Below are positions 22,961 through 36,670 of a stretch of DNA of 64,000 bases, piece by piece. Position numbers and translations under genes: made by a program. Origin of the DNA: Nemertoderma westbladi. Its lineage: Eukaryota; Animalia; Xenacoelomorpha. The stretch spans positions 1 to 64,000 of the forward strand of contig JAUCBJ010009126.1 of the NCBI GenBank assembly GCA_032718475.1. Direction: 5' to 3'. The notes under the pieces are model-generated. The model was not told where the DNA came from. It made no database searches and saw only the letters and a list, made by a program, of their open reading frames with translations. Every line of letters starts with the position of its first letter. The first letter of the stretch is position 1.

Positions 22961-25900
22961 TGGATGATTCCAAAAGATTTCTATAGTACCACTATAACTG
23001 TCCAGTTTCTGTAGTTTTGTATTGTTACCGGCTTTGGATGATTCCAAAAGATTTCTATAGTACACTATAACTGTCCAGTTTCTGTAGTTTTCGTATTGTT
23101 ACCGGCTTTGGATGATTCCAAAAGATTTCTATAGTACACTATAACTGTCCAGTTTCTGTAGTTTTGTATTGTTACCGGCTTTGGATGATTCCAAAAGATT
23201 TCTATAGTACACTATAACTGTCCAGTTTCTGTAGTTTTGTATTGTTACCGGCTTTGGATGATTCCAAAAGATTTCTATAGTACACTATAACTGTCCAGTT
23301 TCTGTAGTTTTGTATTGTTACCGGCTTTGGATGATTCCAAAAGATTTCTATAGTACACTATAACTGTCCAGTTTCTGTAGTTTTGTATTGTTACCGGCTT
23401 TGGATGATTCCAAAAGATTTCTATAGTACACTATAACTGTCCAGTTTCTGTAGTTTTGTATTGTTACCGGCTTTGGATGATTCCAAAAGATTTCTATAGT
23501 ACACTATAACTGTCCAGTTTCTGTAGTTTTGTATTGTTACCGGCTTTGGATGATTCCAAAAGATTTCTATAGTACACTATAACTGTCCAGTTTCTGTAGT
23601 TTTGTATTGTTACCGGCTTTGGATGATTCCAAAAGATTTCTATAGTACACTATAACTGTCCAGTTTCTGTAGTTTTGTATTGTTACCGGCTTTGGATGAT
23701 TCCAAAAGATTTCTATAGTACACTATAACTGTCCAGTTTCTGTAGTTTTGTATTGTTACCGGCTTTGGATGATTCCAAAAGATTTCTATAGTACACTATA
23801 ACTGTCCAGTTTCTGTAGTTTTGTATTGTTACCGGCTTTGGATGATTCCAAAAGATTTCTATAGTACACTATAACTGTCCAGTTTCTGTAGTTTTGTATT
23901 GTTACCGGCTTTGGATGATTCCAAAAGATTTCTATAGTACACTATAACTGTCCAGTTTCTGTAGTTTTGTATTGTTACCGGCTTTGGATGATTCCAAAAG
24001 ATTTCTATAGTACACTATAACTGTCCAGTTTCTGTAGTTTTGTATTGTTACCGGCTTTGGATGATTCCAAAAGATTTCTATAGTACACTATAACTGTCCA
24101 GTTTCTGTAGTTTTGTATTGTTACCGGCTTTGGATGATTCCAAAAGATTTCTATAGTACACTATAACTGTCCAGTTTCTGTAGTTTTGTATTGTTACCGG
24201 CTTTGGATGATTCCAAAAGATTTCTATAGTACACTATAACTGTCCAGTTTCTGTAGTTTTGTATTGTTACCGGCTTTGGATGATTCCAAAAGATTTCTAT
24301 AGTACACTATAACTGTCCAGTTTCTGTAGTTTTGTATTGTTACCGGCTTTGGATGATTCCAAAAGATTTCTATAGTACACTATAACTGTCCAGTTTCTGT
24401 AGTTTTGTATTGTTACCGGCTTTGGATGATTCCAAAAGATTTCTATAGTACACTATAACTGTCCAGTTTCTGTAGTTTTGTATTGTTACCGGCTTTGGAT
24501 GATTCCAAAAGATTTCTATAGTACACTATAACTGTCCAGTTTCTGTAGTTTTGTATTGTTACCGGCTTTGGATGATTCCAAAAGATTTCTATAGTACACT
24601 ATAACTGTCCAGTTTCTGTAGTTTTCTATTGTTACCGGCTTTGGATGATTCCAAAAGATTTCTATAGTACACTATAACTGTCCAGTTTCTGTAGTTTTGT
24701 ATTGTTACCGGCTTTGGATGATTCCAAAAGATTTCTATAGTACACTATAACTGTCCAGTTTCTGTAGTTTTGCTATTGTTACCGGCTTTGGATGATTCCA
24801 AAAGATTTCTATAGTACACTATAACTGTCCAGTTTCTGTAGTTTTGTATTGTTACCGGCTTTGGATGATTCCAAAAGATTTCTATAGTACACTATAACTG
24901 TCCAGTTTCTGTAGTTTTGTATTGTTACCGGCTTTGGATGATTCCAAAAGATTTCTATAGTACACTATAACTGTCCAGTTTCTGTAGTTTTGTATTGTTA
25001 CCGGCTTTGGATGATTCCAAAAGATTTCTATAGTACACTATAACTGTCCAGTTTCTGTAGTTTTGTATTGTTACCGGCTTTGGATGATTCCAAAAGATTT
25101 CTATAGTACACTATAACTGTCCAGTTTCTGTAGTTTTGTATTGTTACCGGCTTTGGATGATTCCAAAAGATTTCTATAGTACACTATAACTGTCCAGTTT
25201 CTGTAGTTTTGTATTGTTACCGGCTTTGGATGATTCCAAAAGATTTCTATAGTACACTATAACTGTCCAGTTTCTGTAGTTTTGTATTGTTACCGGCTTT
25301 GGATGATTCCAAAAGATTTCTATAGTACACTATAACTGTCCAGTTTCTGTAGTTTTGTATTGTTACCGGCTTTGGATGATTCCAAAAGATTTCTATAGTA
25401 CACTATAACTGTCCAGTTTCTGTAGTTTTGTATTGTTACCGGCTTTGGATGATTCCAAAAGATTTCTATAGTACACTATAACTGTCCAGTTTCTGTAGTT
25501 TTGTATTGTTACCGGCTTTGGATGATTCCAAAAGATTTCTATAGTACACTATAACTGTCCAGTTTCTGTAGTTTTGTATTGTTACCGGCTTTGGATGATT
25601 CCAAAAGATTTCTATAGTACACTATAACTGTCCAGTTTCTGTAGTTTTGTATTGTTACCGGCTTTGGATGATTCCAAAAGATTTCTATAGTACACTATAA
25701 CTGTCCAGTTTCTGTAGTTTTGTATTGTTACCGGCTTTGGATGATTCCAAAAGATTTCTATAGTACACTATAACTGTCCAGTTTCTGTAGTTTTGTATTG
25801 TTACCGGCTTTGGATGATTCCAAAAGATTTCTATAGTACACTATAACTGTCCAGTTTCTGTAGTTTTGTATTGTTACCGGCTTTGGATGATTCCAAAAGA

Positions 25901-28900
25901 TTTCTATAGTACACTATAACTGTCCAGTTTCTGTAGTTTTGTATTGTTACCGGCTTTGGATGATTCCAAAAGATTTCTATAGTACACTATAACTGTCCAG
26001 TTTCTGTAGTTTTGTATTGTTACCGGCTTTGGATGATTCCAAAAGATTTCTATAGTACACTATAACTGTCCAGTTTCTGTAGTTTTGTATTGTTACCGGC
26101 TTTGGATGATTCCAAAAGATTTCTATAGTACACTATAACTGTCCAGTTTCTGTAGTTTTGTATTGTTACCGGCTTTGGATGATTCCAAAAGATTTCTATA
26201 GTACACTATAACTGTCCAGTTTCTGTAGTTTTGTATTGTTACCGGCTTTGGATGATTCCAAAAGATTTCTATAGTACACTATAACTGTCCAGTTTCTGTA
26301 GTTTTGTATTGTTACCGGCTTTGGATGATTCCAAAAGATTTCTATAGTACACTATAACTGTCCAGTTTCTGTAGTTTTGTATTGTTACCGGCTTTGGATG
26401 ATTCCAAAAGATTTCTATAGTACACTATAACTGTCCAGTTTCTGTAGTTTTGTATTGTTACCGGCTTTGGATGATTCCAAAAGATTTCTATAGTACACTA
26501 TAACTGTCCAGTTTCTGTAGTTTTGTATTGTTACCGGCTTTGGATGATTCCAAAAGATTTCTATAGTACACTATAACTGTCCAGTTTCTGTAGTTTTGTA
26601 TTGTTACCGGCTTTGGATGATTCCAAAAGATTTCTATAGTACACTATAACTGTCCAGTTTCTGTAGTTTTGTATTGTTACCGGCTTTGGATGATTCCAAA
26701 AGATTTCTATAGTACACTATAACTGTCCAGTTTCTGTAGTTTTGTATTGTTACCGGCTTTGGATGATTCCAAAAGATTTCTATAGTACACTATAACTGTC
26801 CAGTTTCTGTAGTTTTGTATTGTTACCGGCTTTGGATGATTCCAAAAGATTTCTATAGTACACTATAACTGTCCAGTTTCTGTAGTTTTGTATTGTTACC
26901 GGCTTTGGATGATTCCAAAAGATTTCTATAGTACACTATAACTGTCCAGTTTCTGTAGTTTTGTATTGTTACCGGCTTTGGATGATTCCAAAAGATTTCT
27001 ATAGTACACTATAACTGTCCAGTTTCTGTAGTTTTGTATTGTTACCGGCTTTGGATGATTCCAAAAGATTTCTATAGTACACTATAACTGTCCAGTTTCT
27101 GTAGTTTTGTATTGTTACCGGCTTTGGATGATTCCAAAAGATTTCTATAGTACACTATAACTGTCCAGTTTCTGTAGTTTTCTATTGTTACCGGCTTTGG
27201 ATGATTCCAAAAGATTTCTATAGTACACTATAACTGTCCAGTTTCTGTAGTTTTGTATTGTTACCGGCTTTGGATGATTCCAAAAGATTTCTATAGTACA
27301 CTATAACTGTCCAGTTTCTGTAGTTTTCTATTGTTACCGGCTTTGGATGATTCCAAAAGATTTCTATAGTACACTATAACTGTCCAGTTTCTGTAGTTTT
27401 GTATTGTTACCGGCTTTGGATGATTCCAAAAGATTTCTATAGTACACTATAACTGTCCAGTTTCTGTAGTTTTGTATTGTTACCGGCTTTGGATGATTCC
27501 AAAAGATTTCTATAGTACACTATAACTGTCCAGTTTCTGTAGTTTTGTATTGTTACCGGCTTTGGATGATTCCAAAAGATTTCTATAGTACACTATAACT
27601 GTCCAGTTTCTGTAGTTTTCTATTGTTACCGGCTTTGGATGATTCCAAAAGATTTCTATAGTACACTATAACTGTCCAGTTTCTGTAGTTTTCTATTGTT
27701 ACCGGCTTTGGATGATTCCAAAAGATTTCTATAGTACACTATAACTGTCCAGTTTCTGTAGTTTTGTATTGTTACCGGCTTTGGATGATTCCAAAAGATT
27801 TCTATAGTACACTATAACTGTCCAGTTTCTGTAGTTTTCTATTGTTACCGGCTTTGGATGATTCCAAAAGATTTCTATAGTACACTATAACTGTCCAGTT
27901 TCTGTAGTTTTCTATTGTTACCGGCTTTGGATGATTCCAAAAGATTTCTATAGTACACTATAACTGTCCAGTTTCTGTAGTTTTCTATTGTTACCGGCTT
28001 TGGATGATTCCAAAAGATTTCTATAGTACACTATAACTGTCCAGTTTCTGTAGTTTTGTATTGTTACCGGCTTTGGATGATTCCAAAAGATTTCTATAGT
28101 ACACTATAACTGTCCAGTTTCTGTAGTTTTGTATTGTTACCGGCTTTGGATGATTCCAAAAGATTTCTATAGTACACTATAACTGTCCAGTTTCTGTAGT
28201 TTTCTATTGTTACCGGCTTTGGATGATTCCAAAAGATTTCTATAGTACACTATAACTGTCCAGTTTCTGTAGTTTTCTATTGTTACCGGCTTTGGATGAT
28301 TCCAAAAGATTTCTATAGTACACTATAACTGTCCAGTTTCTGTAGTTTTGTATTGTTACCGGCTTTGGATGATTCCAAAAGATTTCTATAGTACACTATA
28401 ACTGTCCAGTTTCTGTAGTTTTCTATTGTTACCGGCTTTGGATGATTCCAAAAGATTTCTATAGTACACTATAACTGTCCAGTTTCTGTAGTTTTCTATT
28501 GTTACCGGCTTTGGATGATTCCAAAAGATTTCTATAGTACACTATAACTGTCCAGTTTCTGTAGTTTTCTATTGTTACCGGCTTTGGATGATTCCAAAAG
28601 ATTTCTATAGTACACTATAACTGTCCAGTTTCTGTAGTTTTGTATTGTTACCGGCTTTGGATGATTCCAAAAGATTTCTATAGTACACTATAACTGTCCA
28701 GTTTCTGTAGTTTTGTATTGTTACCGGCTTTGGATGATTCCAAAAGATTTCTATAGTACACTATAACTGTCCAGTTTCTGTAGTTTTGTATTGTTACCGG
28801 CTTTGGATGATTCCAAAAGATTTCTATAGTACACTATAACTGTCCAGTTTCTGTAGTTTTGTATTGTTACCGGCTTTGGATGATTCCAAAAGATTTCTAT

Positions 28901-31900
28901 AGTACACTATAACTGTCCAGTTTCTGTAGTTTTGTATTGTTACCGGCTTTGGATGATTCCAAAAGATTTCTATAGTACACTATAACTGTCCAGTTTCTGT
29001 AGTTTTCTATTGTTACCGGCTTTGGATGATTCCAAAAGATTTCTATAGTACACTATAACTGTCCAGTTTCTGTAGTTTTGTATTGTTACCGGCTTTGGAT
29101 GATTCCAAAAGATTTCTATAGTACACTATAACTGTCCAGTTTCTGTAGTTTTCTATTGTTACCGGCTTTGGATGATTCCAAAAGATTTCTATAGTACACT
29201 ATAACTGTCCAGTTTCTGTAGTTTTGTATTGTTACCGGCTTTGGATGATTCCAAAAGATTTCTATAGTACACTATAACTGTCCAGTTTCTGTAGTTTTCT
29301 ATTGTTACCGGCTTTGGATGATTCCAAAAGATTTCTATAGTACACTATAACTGTCCAGTTTCTGTAGTTTTGTATTGTTACCGGCTTTGGATGATTCCAA
29401 AAGATTTCTATAGTACACTATAACTGTCCAGTTTCTGTAGTTTTCTATTGTTACCGGCTTTGGATGATTCCAAAAGATTTCTATAGTACACTATAACTGT
29501 CCAGTTTCTGTAGTTTTCTATTGTTACCGGCTTTGGATGATTCCAAAAGATTTCTATAGTACACTATAACTGTCCAGTTTCTGTAGTTTTGTATTGTTAC
29601 CGGCTTTGGATGATTCCAAAAGATTTCTATAGTACACTATAACTGTCCAGTTTCTGTAGTTTTGTATTGTTACCGGCTTTGGATGATTCCAAAAGATTTC
29701 TATAGTACACTATAACTGTCCAGTTTCTGTAGTTTTGTATTGTTACCGGCTTTGGATGATTCCAAAAGATTTCTATAGTACACTATAACTGTCCAGTTTC
29801 TGTAGTTTTGTATTGTTACCGGCTTTGGATGATTCCAAAAGATTTCTATAGTACACTATAACTGTCCAGTTTCTGTAGTTTTGTATTGTTACCGGCTTTG
29901 GATGATTCCAAAAGATTTCTATAGTACACTATAACTGTCCAGTTTCTGTAGTTTTGTATTGTTACCGGCTTTGGATGATTCCAAAAGATTTCTATAGTAC
30001 ACTATAACTGTCCAGTTTCTGTAGTTTTGTATTGTTACCGGCTTTGGATGATTCCAAAAGATTTCTATAGTACACTATAACTGTCCAGTTTCTGTAGTTT
30101 TGTATTGTTACCGGCTTTGGATGATTCCAAAAGATTTCTATAGTACACTATAACTGTCCAGTTTCTGTAGTTTTGTATTGTTACCGGCTTTGGATGATTC
30201 CAAAAGATTTCTATAGTACACTATAACTGTCCAGTTTCTGTAGTTTTGTATTGTTACCGGCTTTGGATGATTCCAAAAGATTTCTATAGTACACTATAAC
30301 TGTCCAGTTTCTGTAGTTTTGTATTGTTACCGGCTTTGGATGATTCCAAAAGATTTCTATAGTACACTATAACTGTCCAGTTTCTGTAGTTTTGTATTGT
30401 TACCGGCTTTGGATGATTCCAAAAGATTTCTATAGTACACTATAACTGTCCAGTTTCTGTAGTTTTCTATTGTTACCGGCTTTGGATGATTCCAAAAGAT
30501 TTCTATAGTACACTATAACTGTCCAGTTTCTGTAGTTTTGTATTGTTACCGGCTTTGGATGATTCCAAAAGATTTCTATAGTACACTATAACTGTCCAGT
30601 TTCTGTAGTTTTGTATTGTTACCGGCTTTGGATGATTCCAAAAGATTTCTATAGTACACTATAACTGTCCAGTTTCTGTAGTTTTCTATTGTTACCGGCT
30701 TTGGATGATTCCAAAAGATTTCTATAGTACACTATAACTGTCCAGTTTCTGTAGTTTTGTATTGTTACCGGCTTTGGATGATTCCAAAAGATTTCTATAG
30801 TACACTATAACTGTCCAGTTTCTGTAGTTTTGTATTGTTACCGGCTTTGGATGATTCCAAAAGATTTCTATAGTACACTATAACTGTCCAGTTTCTGTAG
30901 TTTTGTATTGTTACCGGCTTTGGATGATTCCAAAAGATTTCTATAGTACACTATAAATGTCCAGTTTCTGTAGTTTTGTATTGTTACCGGCTTTGGATGA
31001 TTCCAAAAGATTTCTATAGTACACTATAACTGTCCAGTTTCTGTAGTTTTGTATTGTTACCGGCTTTGGATGATTCCAAAAGATTTCTATAGTACACTAT
31101 AACTGTCCAGTTTCTGTAGTTTTGTATTGTTACCGGCTTTGGATGATTCCAAAAGATTTCTATAGTACACTATAACTGTCCAGTTTCTGTAGTTTTCTAT
31201 TGTTACCGGCTTTGGATGATTCCAAAAGATTTCTATAGTACACTATAACTGTCCAGTTTCTGTAGTTTTGTATTGTTACCGGCTTTGGATGATTCCAAAA
31301 GATTTCTATAGTACACTATAACTGTCCAGTTTCTGTAGTTTTCTATTGTTACCGGCTTTGGATGATTCCAAAAGATTTCTATAGTACACTATAACTGTCC
31401 AGTTTCTGTAGTTTTGTATTGTTACCGGCTTTGGATGATTCCAAAAGATTTCTATAGTACACTATAACTGTCCAGTTTCTGTAGTTTTGTATTGTTACCG
31501 GCTTTGGATGATTCCAAAAGATTTCTATAGTACACTATAACTGTCCAGTTTCTGTAGTTTTGTATTGTTACCGGCTTTGGATGATTCCAAAAGATTTCTA
31601 TAGTACACTATAACTGTCCAGTTTCTGTAGTTTTCTATTGTTACCGGCTTTGGATGATTCCAAAAGATTTCTATAGTACACTATAACTGTCCAGTTTCTG
31701 TAGTTTTGTATTGTTACCGGCTTTGGATGATTCCAAAAGATTTCTATAGTACACTATAACTGTCCAGTTTCTGTAGTTTTCTATTGTTACCGGCTTTGGA
31801 TGATTCCAAAAGATTTCTATAGTACACTATAACTGTCCAGTTTCTGTAGTTTTGTATTGTTACCGGCTTTGGATGATTCCAAAAGATTTCTATAGTACAC

Positions 31901-32678
31901 TATAACTGTCCAGTTTCTGTAGTTTTCTATTGTTACCGGCTTTGGATGATTCCAAAAGATTTCTATAGTACACTATAACTGTCCAGTTTCTGTAGTTTTG
32001 TATTGTTACCGGCTTTGGATGATTCCAAAAGATTTCTATAGTACACTATAACTGTCCAGTTTCTGTAGTTTTCTATTGTTACCGGCTTTGGATGATTCCA
32101 AAAGATTTCTATAGTACACTATAACTGTCCAGTTTCTGTAGTTTTCTATTGTTACCGGCTTTGGATGATTCCAAAAGATTTCTATAGTACACTATAACTG
32201 TCCAGTTTCTGTAGTTTTCTATTGTTACCGGCTTTGGATGATTCCAAAAGATTTCTATAGTACACTATAACTGTCCAGTTTCTGTAGTTTTCTATTGTTA
32301 CCGGCTTTGGATGATTCCAAAAGATTTCTATAGTACACTATAACTGTCCAGTTTCTGTAGTTTTGTATTGTTACCGGCTTTGGATGATTCCAAAAGATTT
32401 CTATAGTACACTATAACTGTCCAGTTTCTGTAGTTTTGTATTGTTACCGGCTTTGGATGATTCCAAAAGATTTCTATAGTACACTATAACTGTCCAGTTT
32501 CTGTAGTTTTCTATTGTTACCGGCTTTGGATGATTCCAAAAGATTTCTATAGTACACTATAACTGTCCAGTTTCTGTAGTTTTGTATTGTTACCGGCTTT
32601 GGATGATTCCAAAAGATTTCTATAGTACACTATAACTGTCCAGTTTCTGTAGTTTTCTATTGTTACCGGCTTTGGATG
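22961..32678. repeat. 73-bp satellite, ~133 almost identical copies
   Basis: Unit tggatgattccaaaagatttctatagtacactataactgtccagtttctgtagtttt(g/c)tattgttaccggctt. Confidence 0.99.
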
Positions 32679-32827
32679 TTTATTAGGTTTGAGTCGAGTT
32701 TTCGAATTCATCGATTGAGATAAATTATTCATGGAATTTATCAAGAAGGGATTCTCACTATTATACTCCTAGAGGTTATTAATGTTTACATAATAGAGGA
32801 ATGCGGAAAAGTCACGAAACTTTGCAA

Positions 32828-33198
32828 TTACAAACAGCTGCAGACAGGATTTAGTTACCAGCTCTTTGTTACAAATAGCTGCAGACAGGATTTAGTTACC
32901 AGCTCTTTGTTACAAACAGCTGCAGACAGGATTTAGTTACCAGCTCTTTGTTACAAATAGCTGCAGACAGGATTTAGTTACCAGCTCTTTGTTACAAACA
33001 GCTGCAGACAGGATTTAGTTACCAGCTCTTTGTTACAAACAGCTGCAGACAGGATTTAGTTACCAGCTCTTTGTTACAAACAGCTGCAGACAGGATTTAG
33101 TTACCAGATCTTTGTTACAAACAGCTGCAGACAGGATTTAGTTACCAGCTCTTTGTTACAAATAGCTGCAGACAGGATTTAGTTACCAGCTCTTTGTT
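32828..33198. repeat. 41-bp minisatellite, ~9 copies
   Basis: ttacaaayagctgcagacaggatttagttaccagctctttg is repeated. Confidence 0.96.
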
Positions 33199-33319
33199 AT
33201 TTTGTTTTGTAATAAATACTAAAAACTTCCCTCGTAGAAATTCGAATGTTGGGTGTCTTATAATTTGGTTTGGTTATATATAATTTGGTTATAATTTTAG
33301 AATAATTTGGTTTGGTTAT

Positions 33320-33400
33320 TTTTCTTTACGCCGACGATTTTATATTGCTGACTAACTCCATCAGTTCAAGGATTGCAGCTTATGCTAAAGGATTGGGAAT
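33320..33400 (+). mobile_element. LINE RT remnant (YADD box)
   Basis: FLYADDFILLTNS / VQGLQLMLKGL across a frameshift. Confidence 0.6.
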
Positions 33401-33919
33401 TATTCTCTGAAAAAAATTCCCTATGCTATTGAGTAGGAACAGAAATGGGATAAAAGTAAATCGAAGTGGATTCCATTTAATCAATGTGGTCGAACAACTA
33501 CAAAGGTAACAACAGTAAATGGGATTACTAAATTCCAAATTGGATCACCAATAATGGTATTTAGGAAATTCCTTACATCACTCGGGTAGTTGTAAACTTC
33601 TGTTTTGATATGCAACACGTCTAAAGCAAGAGTTTATAGTTTTTGTTATCTACTTTGTTTCGTTGTTTGTGTAACTTACCCTGTTTGTTCAATTCCTATT
33701 GTTATAAATTAAATTGCGTTACTTTGTTGTCGCCAAGTTTACCTTCGAACTGTGTAAACCATACGTTAACCCAATCACATAATGTTTATTGGTGCATCTC
33801 ACTTATCGATCTATCTCGCTTTTATTTATATAATGTTTTATGCAGTAACTGTTTTTACTTATTGTCACCATGTGTGAATTTAACATTAAACAAACATGTA
33901 ACAACTTAATTAAACTCAC

Positions 33920-34028
33920 CGCATAACGTAATTAATGTTAAAATAGTTCCAATTACTCCAATATAAGTTTTGCTGACTTTGTAACTGTAATCAGACGCAG
34001 TACTGTTATTGGATTCCACAGCATCCAT
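33920..34028 (-). CDS. Class A GPCR coding exon 1 (N-terminus and most of TM1)
   Basis: MDAVESNNSTASDYSYKVSKTYIGVIGTILTLITLC-G, with N-glycosylation sequons (NNS, NST), a hydrophobic helix and donor G|gtgagt. There is an upstream in-frame stop and an acceptor ctttacag| at 34073. It splices in frame to 14199. Confidence 0.85.
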
Positions 34029-34317
34029 AATTAATTGTCTTCTAATATATTTTCATACCGGAGGAAACATATCTGTAAAGAATAGTAATATAATGAATGA
34101 TATATTATTATGTATTTAAGAATGATTAAAATATTGAAATAAATAGGATGAAAATAATAAATAATCATATTGCTACAAGAGTTTATATACTTTCAACATG
34201 TTTAAATACTCTAGCCACCCATATACAGTAGTTGCTGACGCGTAGTGCTCATTAAATGAACGAGCATATGGAGTGAGTTCAAGGATCACGATGAAGAGAC
34301 AATGTAATTTCCAACAA

Positions 34318-35018
34318 GTGTTATATCATGAAGTTAAAACATGTTGTATCATGTAGTTAAAATATGTTATACTCATATCATGTAGTTAAAACATGTTATA
34401 TCATGTAGTTAAAACATGTTATATCATGTAGTTAAAACATGTTATATGATGTAGTTAAAACATGTTATATCATGTAGTTAAAACATGTTATATCATGTCG
34501 TTAAAACATGTTATATCATGTAGTTAAAACATGATATATCATGTAGTTGAAACATGTTATATCATGTAGTTAAAACATGTTATATCATGTCGATAAAAAA
34601 TGTTATATCATGTAGTTAAAACATGATATATCATGTAGTTAAAACATGTTATATCATGTAGTTAAAACATGATATATCATTAGTTAAAACATGTTATATC
34701 ATTTAGTTAAAACATGTTATATCATGTAGTTAAAACATGATATATCATGTAGTTAAAACATGTTATATCATGTAGTTAAAACATGTTATATCATGTAGTT
34801 AAAAGATGTTATATCATGTAGTTAAACATGTTATATCATGTAGTTAAACATGTTATATCATGCAGTTAAACATGTTATATCATGTAGTTAAAACATGTTA
34901 TATCATGTCGTTAAAACATGTTATATCATGTAGTTAAAACATGTTATATCATGTAGTTAAAACATGTTATATCTTGTAGTTAAAACATGATATATAATGT
35001 AGTTAAAATATGTTATAT
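34318..35018. repeat. 23-bp AT-rich minisatellite, ~30 copies
   Basis: catgttatatcatgtagttaaaa is repeated. Confidence 0.96.
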
Positions 35019-35937
35019 ATCATTTTAAGGAGCGACTATTGATAAAAAACTCAATATGAAACTTTTATTAACAAATTTCATGTGAATTTATAGGAATTAT
35101 TAAATATATGTATCTAAATATCCCAAAGTTTATTGTCCGTATTCTATGAAACCCTGTCGCACTGCCTGTGTTTGGATGTGTTGGCTTTGTCATAGAAAAA
35201 AGCCAAACCCCGGTGGTTTCATAATTCTAGTCAGACACTATTCGCCTGACTAAAGTCGTCTTCTTTGATTTCTTAAACGAGTTATTTTGTATAAAGTTAA
35301 CAGTTAATCAACCGTTTCCTTTATGTTACTTAGTTGGTCACGCATATGCATTATATCTCCGAGAAACCGAAGTAACAGCTCGTTCGTATTAACAATCATA
35401 TGAAGCTGCTTTACAATTAATTGTTAATATTAATCAGTAAATAATGTAACCAGTAATACCAACCAATAATAAAGAAAGAAATGGTATATAGTAGAAACAT
35501 AAGTAGAAATATAGGTAGACAAATTACTTGCCAAAAACACTATTATTCTATTGTAATAAAGTTTACTACTACCATTGTTTATTGTTCCGATACCATGCGT
35601 TACGTTGTGTCTATCCAAGTGGTTGCACCGCAATCAGCCAGTTTGAATTATACAGCTGAACAAAGATAATCCATAATGTTTCTGCTTCTAACATTTACTT
35701 TTATCATAGCGGTAAAATCAAAGCATCAAAGCATCTATGGGTCGATTATTAAGAACTCTATCCATATAGAATATATTATATTATATGAAATTTTGTAAAT
35801 ACCAAGTACTTTCGAAAATTAATACAAAATAGGCCTACAGAATGCAGGATACTAGTTGTACTTATTGTACTACCGGTACTGTAGTGTAATACTATTACAC
35901 CATGACCCGTAATATAGTGTCATTTTCTGATGACACG

Positions 35938-36670
35938 GACCCCCCCCCCCCCAGATTTTTCTACAAATCTTTATCATATTGCTTGAAATTTGAAACACCA
36001 CTAGTTCTACTCACCGTCGATGACCCCATGAAGCCGGAATTTTCGATTTTGCCTTTAATTTTTTTATAAGCGTTATAAAAAAGTGTATTTTGCTAAATCG
36101 CACCCTCCGTATCGTGGCCATTCTTCACATTAGTCGTGTTTCATCGTTCAAAGATTGCAAGAATTATTGTTCACTGCAGGCCATTTATTCTATTTAATAA
36201 ATACACGATGTTCTGGAACATTTTGTTTAAGTATGAATAGCTACACAATATATCTATTGGATAGGATTACCGCTGTTGCCAACCAACTCATTAAATAAAT
36301 AACACATTCTAGAATTTTGTGTATTTATTAGATAGAATAAATGGCCTTCAGCGAACGATAATTATTGCAATCTTTGAACGCCTATATCTCAGCTGTTTCT
36401 CAACGAAATTCAGATATTGTTACATATTTGGAATCCTTGCAACGCGAGCTTTTTAATGATATGAAAAAGTTACGACTAATGAGAAGAATGGCGACTATAC
36501 GGAGGGTGCGATTTCGCAAAAGACACTTTTTTAAAACGCTTATAAAAAAAATTAAAGGCAAAATCGAAAATTCCGGCTTCATGGGGTCATCGACGGTGAG
36601 TGGAACTAGTGGTGTTTCAAATTTTAAGCAATATGATAAAAATTAGTAGAAAAATCTGGGGGGAGGGGTC
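35938..36670. mobile_element. Foldback/MITE-like element with ~290-370-bp inverted arms
   Basis: 35938-36230 is the reverse complement of ~36295-36670 (e.g. ccgtcgatgaccccatgaagccggaattttcg / cgaaaattccggcttcatggggtcatcgacgg). The left arm carries an internal deletion. Confidence 0.85.

Noticed and set aside
33920-34028. Opsin identity for the GPCR
   Set aside because: The TM1 intron position is suggestive, but the exon 2 sequence fits peptide receptors better and the TM7 lysine cannot be seen.
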